DNA from: Cladosporium halotolerans
Taxonomy: Eukaryota
Assembly: GCF_011745625.1 (NCBI RefSeq)
Contig: NW_027191459.1
Location: 620,001-684,000 of the forward strand
DNA: 64,000 bases
Direction of reading: 5' to 3'
The first letter of the stretch is position 1. Every line of letters starts with the position of its first letter. A program made the translations under genes and the position numbers. This document shows positions 23,841-34,907 of this stretch, piece by piece. Below the pieces are notes generated by a model. The model saw only the letters and a program-made list of their open reading frames with translations, did no database searches and had not been told where the DNA came from.

Positions 23841-23849
23841 TTATCAGAT
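23841..23849 (-). promoter_or_regulatory. Candidate SreA-binding site ATCTGATAA in the sreA upstream region
   Basis: Plus-strand TTATCAGAT is an exact match to the ATCWGATAA consensus, ~200 bp upstream of the sreA ATG. Motif match only. Confidence 0.45.
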
Positions 23850-24058
23850 GGGACTGCGTCACGTAATAACCGCAACGGTACGCGGATGTTGGAAGGGCAA
23901 AGTACGAGGGATATCTGATCTGGAGGAGGTGAAGTCGGAGCCGTCCTCGGATTTGCTATCGCTCGTGATCTGCCTAAAGAAACGGGACGCGATTCGCCTC
24001 TCCGATGCGATGCGGTATGAAGTACCTCCGCGTTTGAGAAACGTAAGGAAGGAACGCG

Positions 24059-24084
24059 GTCAGCAATAAGCAGCCTTTCATTGG
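24059..24084 (-). promoter_or_regulatory. Candidate CBC:HapX bipartite site (CSAAT-N12-RWT plus TKAN)
   Basis: Minus strand reads CCAAT-GAAAGGCTGCTT-ATT-GC-TGAC upstream of sreA, a known HapX target in Aspergillus. Motif match only. Confidence 0.5.
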
Positions 24085-24583
24085 CCGAATCATTAAGGTT
24101 CATCTGCGCTTACCATTAGCGCGCCAATCGGCCGGCGCCCCGTCTGATATCAGATCGCGCCTGAGTTGGCCTGGCCGCCGTGCTTGAATCGCAACTATAG
24201 ATCGGTCTTGCGCTTATTCCTGCATTTTAGTTATTTAGTTGATTTGACCCAAAAGCTTTATTAATCTGCTGGGAAACCGAAAATGTATGCTTGTGCTCAT
24301 CGGCTGCAGCGTTTGCATCTTGAGATCTACTAATCGATTCGTACACACTACATACGTACATCGCATTCGTGCCTAGCGCTACAATCGGATAGCAGCAAAG
24401 ATGCCAGTCTCCACTCGCTCCCACTCTAATCCCACATCGTCGAAGATCATGTCCGTGGCGTCATAATACCCGCGTGCTGCAAGTCCAGACTAAACAATAG
24501 TCTTCGGCCAAGGTGTGCAACAGCAGTCGTCCGTCACGCCTTCACCGCAGCAACGTACGACTCTTGATCACTGGATCAGCTGT

Positions 24584-25403
24584 TTACACCTGCTCGGCAC
24601 CCCAGCCGGCATCGGCGTCCCTGGACAGGTCAGCGACCAAGCTCTGATGTGTGCGACAGACCGGATCAAACGTACCTCATGTTCGCGGGAGGCTCGATCG
24701 AGGGGACAAACTCGAGAGCAACGTATGCAAGGCCGACAAGGGCGATGATGGAAGCCGAGATGTAGGTATACCACTTGTCACTGATCAGGACGCAGCCGAG
24801 GAAGAAGTAGACTGGTGCGCTGTCAGTTACGATGTCCATGTCCCGGCTCTTCGCTATTCGCATTTTCGCAGTATGAACGACATTTTGGTTCTTGGAAATA
24901 ACGTACAGACACCGCGGCCGATAAAGCTGAACATGAAGGAGGCGTATCTGGCGACCTGAGGAGGGATCTGGAACTCTGCGACGGAGTGTAAGCTCGGAGG
25001 CGCGCTTCTGATGGATTTGTCGCAACATACCAAGCATGGCGGTAGCTGTGAGGATTGTGTCAGCCTACTGTTGCAGAAAGAGCTCCGGTATTCATGTATC
25101 TTACCAAGACCGAAAATGATCGAGTAGACGCCGACGATAACATGCTGGCTGTACGCGCGCAATCGCCAAGTCAGTGATCCAGTATTGTTGCCCGCGAACC
25201 GTTCCCGCATTCGCATTCGTTGGTCGCTACTCGCTTACATGGTGATTGAGAGGAAGAACTGGCCGATGCCACCAAGAACCAGGAAGACACCAATCGCCAG
25301 GTTGACAATACGGCTGCAAGGAGAGGCAGGTCAGCTAACTTGCGACGGCCGGCCGCGAATCGCATTGCGCGTGCGGTACTGACAATGCGTCGGAGAAGTC
25401 CAT
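24584..25403 (-). CDS. TVP15: Golgi membrane protein Tvp15 (COPI-associated family)
   Basis: Seven exons joined at GT...AG introns give MDFSDAFRIVNLAIGVFLVLGGIGQFF...LEFQIPPQVARYASFMFSFIGRGVFYFFLG...LEFVPSIEPPANMRDADAGWGAEQV*. Confidence 0.9.
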
Positions 25404-26128
25404 GATGTGGGCGGTCAAGGTTGTGTGTTTGGAGAGGGTTTGATTGTTGCGACAGAGGAGTTGTCGTGATGTTTAGATGAAGGTCGGCAGGTATTGGAGC
25501 TGCCTAGGCCAGGCTGCGCGTTGCGCTGCACCTCCTCCGAGCTTCGACGCTTGGACAGCTTGCTTGCACGCGACTTGGCAGCTGCATACGTCATTAGAGC
25601 CCTCAAGGGAAAGCAAGGACCCCGAAGAGTAACAAGGAAATACATATGTGTGTACGTAAAAATGCCTGCTAACTGCCATGGCGAAAGTGCCGTTTGCACA
25701 AGGATGTGCACACGTTTTGCATTGAATCGTATAGCTGCTTTATTTCGGAAAACCATGAAGTGACACATGCGGCAGTGTGGGATCACCTTTGCTCAGAGGT
25801 GTGGCGCAACCTGATCCAGAAAACGTTTTCTCGCGAAACAAGAACATGCTCCTCATCTCCCAAGGCTGGTTTCCGACATTGCAGAACACTGTGGCGGACC
25901 GCCTCGTGTGTATCTTGGTTCTGAGCGGACATTCCCCTTGCGCCGCCAAGAAAAAGCTCGGTGACACCGATGTTAGGTGCAGGAGCGAGCACATCGCGCT
26001 GAGACGACTCATCACAAACGAAGACTTCTCCCACGTCTGAATTTGGACTTCAGGTCGTTGTCATCAGGACCACCGATCAGTCACGGCAATCTTGCGACAT
26101 CTTATCGGTCGGCCCTGAACCAGGCGAA

Positions 26129-27016
26129 ATGTGGGAACCAGTGGCCCTACCATTCGAGAACTATGACATCCCACCGTTACCCAGCGCAGCAGATATTCGC
26201 GAGTGCACAGATGTGCTGAAAGAACGCTCTACCGCCAAAGTCGTAGCCGTAAACGACAACATCATCGTCAAATATGGTGGCGGAGTTCGAGCATGGGAGG
26301 GCCAAGCTCTTATCTATCTTGAAAGGGAGGTGCCTGATGTCCCCGCGCCTCGATTATACGCCATGTACTATGAATCTAAGCAACTCTTCCTGGTCATGCA
26401 GCGCGTTCCCGGCGTTCAACTGGAGTCCGTCTGGAGCTCACTAACCAATTTCGAAAAAGCATCCATCACGACTCGGCTTCAATCCGTGTTTCAGGCCATG
26501 CGGACAGCAGAATGCCCATGGCCAAACTTCATCGGAAGCTTGGATGGAAGTGGTGTGCATCACTACTTGTTCTACGATCAGAAAGGTAGCGGGTCTCACC
26601 TTGGCCCGTTTACCAGCGAAGCAGCTTTCGCCGAGGGACTGGTTAGCAACTTCCGCGCTCTAATAGAGGAGAATCACCGACCCGACTACAAAGCCCGCTT
26701 CTACGAAAAACACCTGCCCGAAATGCTGCGAGGCCATCGGTCTACACTCACTCATGGAGATGTGCAAAGACGAAACATCCTGGTGACCGAGAGTGACAGC
26801 GGCGCTGATGATCAGGGAAACCGTTCTTTCGACATTGCGCTGGTGGACTGGGAAATGGCGGGATGGCTCCCGGACTGGTGGGAATTCTTCTCAGCGTCAT
26901 CACTCTTCGACATGATTTCTTGGGACGAGGATTGGTGCTGGCTCACGGAAGAATTTCTGCAAGTGCGTGCTCCCGAAGTCGCACTTATGCTAATGTTCGA
27001 CAAGGATGCGCGATAG
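26129..27016 (+). CDS. Aminoglycoside phosphotransferase / choline-kinase-like protein
   Basis: 295-aa ORF with IIVKYG, EGQAL...VPAPRLY, LVMQRVPG, Brenner-type THGDVQRRNILV and LVDWEMAGWLPDWWE motifs. Confidence 0.9.
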   Translation: MWEPVALPFENYDIPPLPSAADIRECTDVLKERSTAKVVAVNDNIIVKYGGGVRAWEGQALIYLEREVPDVPAPRLYAMYYESKQLFLVMQRVPGVQLESVWSSLTNFEKASITTRLQSVFQAMRTAECPWPNFIGSLDGSGVHHYLFYDQKGSGSHLGPFTSEAAFAEGLVSNFRALIEENHRPDYKARFYEKHLPEMLRGHRSTLTHGDVQRRNILVTESDSGADDQGNRSFDIALVDWEMAGWLPDWWEFFSASSLFDMISWDEDWCWLTEEFLQVRAPEVALMLMFDKDAR

Positions 27017-27328
27017 TTCTTCAGCATCTCATCATTCATTGCTCCGGCATTGCTGTGCACGGATCTTGTGAGTACTCATTTCACTGGAGTCTTATCATCC
27101 CGGCACACCATCAAGCCCGCACGGAACCTCCAGAAATTTTTCCAGACAACAAGAAAAGGGAAAATGAGCGACCATGCAAAGTCTCAAATCGTCTGGCTTT
27201 GATTCTTTGACATCAATCTATGTGAGGTCCAATTAAAAGAGGGTCTGCACACGGTCTTTCAAATCGTCCCTACGCCGCGCCATCGGCTTTTCTTGAAGAA
27301 CGGTTGTATCGAAAGGGAGTCCAGGGAA

Positions 27329-27838
27329 TCATGGTCGAGGTGTGCTGCAGAGTATGCCATTAGAGCGAAGCGTTGGAATTGCGTAGTCCGCCGTCCACTC
27401 ATTACACTTGAAGACAGGCCTGCGCTGTTCGTCTGGTCCGTATAGCTCTCCGTTCTCCTTCGTCCAGGTCAGCTCATGTCTTCCGGTAACTCGGTCTGCT
27501 TGCCAGAAGTTGATTCCCTGTTGTCTGGTAGGCCTGGGCAAAGCTCGCAGCAACGCGTCGATAGCACCCGAATCGTAATGTCGCTTCTGGACCCATCCGA
27601 CGAGGGTTGTTCGGTGCAGACGACTACTCTGGCCGGGCTCCCAATTTCTCTTGATCTCGTATCTCATTCCACCCGCAGCAATGATATCTCCCGTGACGTG
27701 GAAAAGCGTTCCTACTCCGGTGTCAGGGTTCGTCTCGACGAACACGCCATCGTGGTATCGTTTGACGGGATCCAAGACATCATGTGCGACAGAGTCCAGC
27801 TCTGGTTTGAAGACTCGAAACCATTGTTCTTGTTGCAT
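27329..27838 (-). CDS. Small fungal protein, DUF6540-like
   Basis: 169-aa ORF with RYHDGVFVET...GTLFHVTGDI...GMRYE and C-terminal KCNEWT...IPTL...GIL. Family assignment is from memory. Confidence 0.7.
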   Translation of the reverse strand: MQQEQWFRVFKPELDSVAHDVLDPVKRYHDGVFVETNPDTGVGTLFHVTGDIIAAGGMRYEIKRNWEPGQSSRLHRTTLVGWVQKRHYDSGAIDALLRALPRPTRQQGINFWQADRVTGRHELTWTKENGELYGPDEQRRPVFKCNEWTADYAIPTLRSNGILCSTPRP

Positions 27839-28543
27839 AGCCCTCTATTCTATGTTATACGACTGTCTAAAGGAAAATGTAAGAATGCGTTGATAATATA
27901 TGCAAAGAAGTAATGTGACTAGATTGTGCGAATACTAATGAACAATCAATCGCTCATCAGATGGGACTTTATATGCCATGGCCGTGTGCAAAATAGAGAC
28001 AACACGTTTCTGGGTAGTCGGCGCGTAAACGCGGTGGACGCAAGCGCTGGGGTGCGACGCCGCATCGCTTGCTACATCCTTGCATCAGCGTAAGGGCTCC
28101 GTCTCCCAATCGCTTAGAGCTCTGCGACGACGTCGTCTCAGGCTATGTTGGCTTGAAGAAGCATAGCGGCTGGTTATTTTTACATATGGCAAGACAGCGT
28201 TTGCGAGATGACGAGTACGCATGGGTGAAACAGAAGTTTGCAACATCCCTCTCAAGTTGATTGCGTCGCAAGCCGAGATCAGGGCGATGCAAGGCCGTCA
28301 AAGAACAATAGCGTCGAGACGACAACACGAGTCCTGTTGTCTAGCCTCGAAACACATTGAATAGCCGCAGCTCTTCCGTACCGAGCTCGGGATCGAAAGG
28401 CAAGGACATCACAAATAGATTCGAGATATTGGTGACTTTTTAGCGCATCTTGGGGGCGTGCGGAATATCGAATCATGCAGATGCGTGCACGTCTTGCACC
28501 GTTGCATGATCGAGAGACAGAGTACTGTGCCAGACCACGCCGC

Positions 28544-29733
28544 TCACAACCTCGCCTTCACCCCCACCGCCTCCCCAACCAACCTCACCACCTCCTCCGA
28601 ACACCCAAACGCCGTCTGATACCCATACCCCGCGTGCCCATAATTATGCACGACCTGAACGCGCCTGACAACCTCCCTCTCAACCCTAATCCCCTCCTTC
28701 CTCATCGGCCTCAACCCCACCCCATGCCTAACAACATCCAGCGCCTCAATGCCCTTCCCCTCCGGCACAAGCGCCGGGCAAAGCTCGACCGCGCGCTTCA
28801 TAATCCGCACCGCCAGGCTGGGATCGACCTGGCTCTCCCAGTTGCCGACCTGCAAGCAGCCGCCCAGCACGGTGCCGCCGCCCGCGGCGCGGTGCATGAT
28901 GTAGCACGCCTCGTCGCCGCCGTCGTCCGTCCCCGACGTCGAAGCCATGAGGCCCGGGTCGTTGCGCACGATCGTGATCTGCCCGCGCGCGGGGTACATG
29001 GATTTGTCCTCGACACCGCCGAGCGTGAGCGACGAGAGGCCCGTGGCGTTGACGACGGCGTCGGCGCGGGCGCCGCTGGCGTGCAGGGCGGCGGCGTCCG
29101 CGACGTGCGCGACGACGCCGCGGCGGATGGTGGCGCCGTGCTTGAGGCACTGGGAGGCGAGCCAGGGGAGGTAGAGGGCGGTGTTGATGCAGACGGAGGT
29201 GAAGGCTGTGCCGCCGTCCATGCCCGGGGGGAGCTCGGATTTGGGCAGCACGCGGAAGTCGGGCAGGACGTCTTTGAACCAGGCGTCTTCGCGCACGAGC
29301 TCGCGGAACCAGTCGCCGACGGGGGAGGAGGCGTCTTTGGTGCGGCGGTAGATGTAGTTGTCTGGGTAGATGTTAGTGCTTGATGTGAGGGAGGCGGGGA
29401 CAGGCGCGTGTACTCTGGAAGTGGATGCCGGATTCGGGGACGTCTCTTGCGAGACGCTCGAGTTCTCTCCAGGTCACGGTCTCGTATGTCTGCTGTTTGG
29501 AGTTCGGTTTGCCAACGGGCAAGCTGTTGGCGCCGGCCCATGGGCTGGCGTATTCTATGTCATAGTCTCCGGGCATGTGTTTGGCGATGATGGTGACATT
29601 ATGGCCTTGATCGCGGGCGAGCAGCAGTGCGGTTGTGAGTCCACTCACGCCGGCCCTGTGATGGATCAGCTTATGGAAATCCAATGGCAGCGACGTGGCC
29701 AACGTACCCAAGGACGACGATATTTGACGGCAT
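28544..29733 (-). CDS. DAO1: D-amino acid oxidase, peroxisomal
   Basis: Three exons. FAD-binding IVVLGAGVSG, YASPWAGAN, VVNATGL, RGQ, VGLRP, HNYGHAGYGYQ; ends in the PTS1 ARL. Confidence 0.93.
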
Positions 29734-31152
29734 GTTGGTGTATAGAGATCAAAAAAACGATTCCTGCGAGAACTCGATGACGAGCAGCTACGACTAATCA
29801 TCTCTTTATTACTGTGAGGTTACATGGCAGTCAGTCATGCTCGGTATAGATAAGGTTCCGAGGATAGCTCGCCGATGATCGGAGAAGTTAAGCCGACGTT
29901 TGTAGTACAGTACAGTATCTGATGTACAGTACCTGGGAGGGCGAGGCACGCGAGCAACGAATACGGTAGGTGATCTCATTGGCGGCATCGTTCTAAAGCT
30001 GTTATGCACGTGTGTGAGCTCGACAGTACCTATTACTTAGGACTACCGAGACTCCACCATCAACGCATTATGGGTCAACGATATCGCACAGCTTAAATCG
30101 TCTCCAAGACACGGCAACCACCAAGGCAGCAAACAGCACAAAGCGATGACTCCGATTGCAAGACCACAGATCTGGTGGGCTCTAAGCCGGGATGGCCCAG
30201 AGCGCATGCGGACAGGCCATGCGAGCAGTGAGGACTGGTGCATTAGCGGTGAATCCTGGCGGCGCAGTGGGTCACCAGTCGGCGGTCAAGCGTGTGGGCG
30301 GAGGAGGATGATGAGTAACAGGCGCGTCGATCACGGGGCGGTGGTGCAATACACGGTGCATCATAGGAGCGCAGGACAAAGGCGTCACGCATCTGCCAGG
30401 AGGAACGGACGGAACGGGGTGAAAAGCTTGATGCAGGACGCAGGAGGGGAGGGCAGTGGAGGGCTGCAAAGCGCGTGCCGCTGTTCGTCCAGCAGACCCG
30501 GGATCCGCGCGCGCGTCCACTTGTCCCTGAATTCACGCGCAGCCAGCCAGGGCAGCCAGCCAGCCCGGTCGACGGTCGACGGTCGACAGCTCGCCCCGCC
30601 AAGCCCCAGGCCCAGCTGTCGTTTTGCCCGCCAGCGCCCGCGGTAAGTGAATGCCCGTGAGAGTCGCAGCGTGGCAGGCAGGCAGCACCGCAGCCGCCGC
30701 GTGCATGCATTGTCGCCTTGGTCGCACCGCCGAACGAGACACCAGTCTATTTATTAATCGACTACTGACCAAATCCCACCGCACCCGAAACACACGGCAT
30801 GCCGCGGCGCGAAAGAGCCTTTGCAGAAGAATAGTGTAAGTCAAGGCAGAGCATGATACTAGCGCCGCCTCGCCCGCCCCGACCGCCGGCGAACGAGCCG
30901 TCATCATAGCTTGCAGCAGCTACGACTTACCGGCCTTTCTGTTATTTTTGCTCCCGCCCTCACATGCTCACATGCCTCTCTTTCCTCCCACCATGGCCTC
31001 TGTTTAGCCGTCGTTGTCGCCTCGCAGCCGCCGCATGTCCTCCCAATGACTGCTGCTAATATATCTCCGTTCAGTGCTGCTGCTGCTGCTGCTGCTCCGC
31101 ATTTCCCACATCCAGCGGCCCTCCGCGCCCACCAGGCCGCCTGCGCGGGACC

Positions 31153-32667
31153 ATGGGCGAGAATGAATTCCCAGGGCTGTCTGCTTTAGGCCTCTATGCT
31201 TCCGACATCCGCGGCGATGGTATGGCTCTCGCTACCTCCCTCTCCTCCATCTCGCTCTTTCATATATCCCTTCCCTCTCTGTCGTCGCTGCCAGCCGTCC
31301 GTCCATGTCCGTCCCGCCCCTGTTCACTTGCACGCTAACACCTCCCCTCCGTAGGCAACTGCCTGTTCAACGCCCTCTCCGACCAGATCTACGGCGACCA
31401 AACCTCTCATGCCGCCATCCGTGCACAAGTGATCTGTTACATGCGTGATCATGCCGCCTACTACAAACAATTCATCGACGTGCACCCCGGAGGAGGCACG
31501 CGACGCAACCCGAAACGAAAGAATGCCGGTGCATTCAATAGCCCGGCCGCCATAGCAACGCCGTCCGAGGCCGACATCGACAAGGTGTTCGAGGGCCACC
31601 TCGACGTCATGGCAAAAGGAGGCACGTACGGAGACAACATGGAGATCACGGCGTTCAGCAGTGCGTTTGGCGTCGATGTCAAGATCTACCAGAGAGACTT
31701 TGCGTACATGGTGTCTGGAGCGGGCGAATACAACGATCAGAGCGATCGACCCGTGGCACACATTGCGTATCACATGTGGGAACACTACTCATCGATCCGT
31801 AACTTGGACGGTCCGCACACTGGTCTGCCAAACGTCACACCCAAAGTGCTCAGCCCAGAGGAGGAGCTCAAACAGAAGCAAAAGCTGGCTGCCACACCCT
31901 ACGTACAACCCTGGCAAATTGACGTAGTGTCGAATTGCCTGCCCTTCCTTGCGGACAAGCCCACAATCAAGCGTGCGCTGGAAGCATCGAAAGGCAACAT
32001 CGACGCCGCCGTCTCGAATCTGATGGACGCCGAAGAGAACGGCAGCGGTTCGTCAGCACAAGAAAGCTCAAGCGTCGAACGCGATCAAGACAGCGACGAC
32101 GACGCCAATACCGGCCCAAATAAGAAGCAAGACCGCCGCATTAGCCGTGCCGCCAAAAAGAACAGCACCACCAAATCCCGTTCAGCCGAAACACGGCATG
32201 CCCTCTCGCAACTCGAAACCGCCGACGGCTCGCAAGATTCCTTCGCCAGCTCCAACGGCGACGACAGCGAAGCCTCCGCGTTCCCCGACTCGTCCCAACA
32301 GAGTACCACATCCATCACATCAACAGCCACCACGCAATCAAGACCGCCCATACGCCTGAAACTGCACCCGCCCAAACCGCCTCCCGACTACGACCCGCAT
32401 CAGTCGAAGTCCAGCAGCAACAAAACCTCGCAATCACAACCCGGCCCGCGCATCTCCGCCCGAGATAAAAAGGACATCAAAAAGCAGGCTCAGAAGGCCG
32501 CGCGGAAAGAACGCCAGCAGGCCGCCGCTACGTCGAAGACGGGCAGCGACAAAGCCGGCACGCCTGATCCTGAGGCTGCTGCCACCGCGGCCGCGGGCAT
32601 GGCGCTGCGGAAGCAAGGGTTGACGCAGACTCCGCCGGTCGACACGCTGCGGACGCTGTACATATGA
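31153..32667 (+). CDS. OTU-domain deubiquitinase with CUE/UBA-like segment
   Basis: Exons 31153-31219 and 31355-32667. Cys-box IRGDGNCLFNALSDQ, GTYGDNMEI, His-box AYHMWEHYSSIR, then IKRALEASKGNIDAAVSNL. Confidence 0.9.
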
Positions 32668-33461
32668 CGATCCGAAGGCGGGCTTGATCCTCTTCTTGGT
32701 GCGTGTGTTTTTGCATGGCGAGCGAAAGGATACCCCTTTTTCTTTTTGATCAACATGAAGGTCTGATCGATCAATTTTTGGGCGTGGAGTTCACGGCTCA
32801 CGACCGTATTTTCCGATGACCGGAAAGGTCACAGATGATTTGCATAGCGCGGTGAACGGACATGACGGGTTGGTACACGGCAAAAAGTTCGAGCGGCGTG
32901 GGCCTGGTAGCATACGGCCCTGATTTTTCCTCTTGCCTTCTCCTCACGCCGCCCTCGCTTTATTATCCCGCGAACGAAAGGCGGCGTGAGTGTTCAGCCG
33001 GGAGACATCGACAGCTGTCTTGTCTCCCAACTCGATGCGAGGCATAGCGACGGCGTTGCTCTTGGAATCTTCCATCTCGGCGAGAAACAAGTCCACGACT
33101 TCCTCCGCCTGACGGCGTTTTTACGGCTTTTACGATTTTTGGGGTCCAGCTTGGACATTGCGCGGCGATTTGGCGCTGCATTTGCTACTTGTTTTTTTCT
33201 CTTTCTACATACTGCGCCAAGGTGCATCGCGCGTGCGGCAAGGCACTCGGTCGCTGCTGGATAGAAGTACCAGAAGACAAAACTTTCTCACGTGAACTTC
33301 TTGTTCGTCCTCCCACCGTGGCGTGAATCTTGTGGCTTTTGGAACAGTAACACTAAGCGTATGCTTCTATGAACCCGAACTTTTTTCTCTTCGAACACAC
33401 GCTCTGATCTATATCGACCAAAAAAACAAAACCCACGGCTCAAACCACACACCCAACAAAT

Positions 33462-34528
33462 CTACTTCAGCTCCGGCGCAACCTGCACACTAACCCCTCC
33501 ATCCTCCATCCCAAAATACGCCGCCACGGGCTTCTGCCCGCCCTTCATGCCCGCCGCCTGCGTCTGGTCCCCATTCATGCCGTAAAACAGCCCCACCTCC
33601 AACACGCCCGTGATGCGCTTGATCCGCTCCGCGAGCGCCGACACCTCCCAGACACCGCCCTTGCCAGACCCGTCCGCGCCCTCCGCCACATCCTCCGGCG
33701 TCAGCAGCTTCGCGAACGGCGCGTCGATGATGTAGAAGCTCTGGTCCGTCTGGATCGGGCCCGCTTTCGCCAGCGTGTGCTCGCGGATCTTGGGGCCGTT
33801 GGATCCCAAGAGCTCCAGCTCGCGCAGCACGCTGACGTGGCCGATGGGCGCGACCTCGATCGGGATGCTGGGCCACTGGGTCAGCAGGCGGCGCTGCTGC
33901 TTGCGGTAGTCGGCGATGCAGATGAAGCGCTTGCTGCGCGTCGCGACGAGCTTCTCCTGGAACAGGCAGGCGCCGCCGCCCTTGATGCAGTTGAGCTCGG
34001 CGTCGACCTCGTCGGCGCCGTCGAAGCAGACGTCGAGCATGGCGTCGCCGGGTAGGGAGTCGAAGTTGATGGGGACGAGCCCGGCCTCCTCGATGACCTT
34101 GCGGGAGTTCCAGCCGGTCGGCACGAACCAGTTCATGTGGTTTTGCGGGGGCGGGTTGGTGGAGAGGTGGTGCTTGATGGCCTCGACGCCGTAGACGATC
34201 GTGCTGCCGCTGCCGATGCCGACGAAGTTGTAGCTGCTTTTGAAGTGGTCCTGGACGGCGCGGAAGGCGGCTTTGCGCTTGGCGGACTCGATTGCGTCGA
34301 GGGGTTTGGCGGGCGGGGGGATGGAGTCGGGAGTGGCCATGGTGGAGAGGAGTCTTGTGAGGAGTTGGGGGGTTTGGAGGGGTGTCGTGGGGAGTCTCGA
34401 GGCTCGGAGGGTGCGGGTGGTGAGTGTTGGGATGCGGCAGGCTGGAAGTGTGTATTAGCAGGTGAGATTAGAGGGTGGAGGAGGGTTTTATGTGCTGGCG
34501 GAATGCGCCGTGACTTACAGACGAGCAT
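33462..34528 (-). CDS. RKI1: Ribose-5-phosphate isomerase A; core ORF 34340-33462 plus a predicted long isoform starting at 34528
   Basis: GIGSGST, FDGADEVD, IKGGGACLFQEK, PIEV, GVLEVGLF. Upstream exon 34528-34519 and intron 34518-34442 extend the frame by 37 codons (see findings). Confidence 0.95.
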
Positions 34529-34907
34529 GTGCGGGATGTATCAAGGCGGAGTCAGCAGGTCGTGCAGGCCAGTGGAGATGTTTTGCTCGCAGCAAGCTGC
34601 CGTCATAGCACCGCCGCCGTCTTCGGGCTGCTCCCAGCTGCCAATGGAGGAAGCCGACTTTGCCCATACCGTCTCCACTCTCGCGTCTCGCGGCCTCTTT
34701 ACCCCGCCACCGTCTCACACGCGCCACAGTCGCGGGGCTGCTGTGGCTGCGAGCTGCGGCGTTTGCCCATGACGAACGTCGGCCGCCAGCCGGACGCGAC
34801 ACAGACACACCAGCACGTGAAACCGGACATCCTCCCCGTCTATCTCACGACCTCACCACTCCTTCGGAGACCCTTCGGCTCAGACACCTGTGCATATCAA
34901 GTCCACC

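Noticed and set aside
28475..29383. Long antisense and alternative-frame ORFs over GC-rich genes (here opposite DAO; also over EGT1, NOP53, YPT6, MFS and the kinase)
   Set aside because: Shadow ORFs caused by high-GC3 codon bias; no recognisable motifs.
33300..33464. Stop-codon readthrough to a cryptic peroxisomal signal (checked RKI1, EGT1, the SDR, DCS1 and the hydrolase)
   Set aside because: None has a TGA-CTA context, and I saw no in-frame SKL-like ending.
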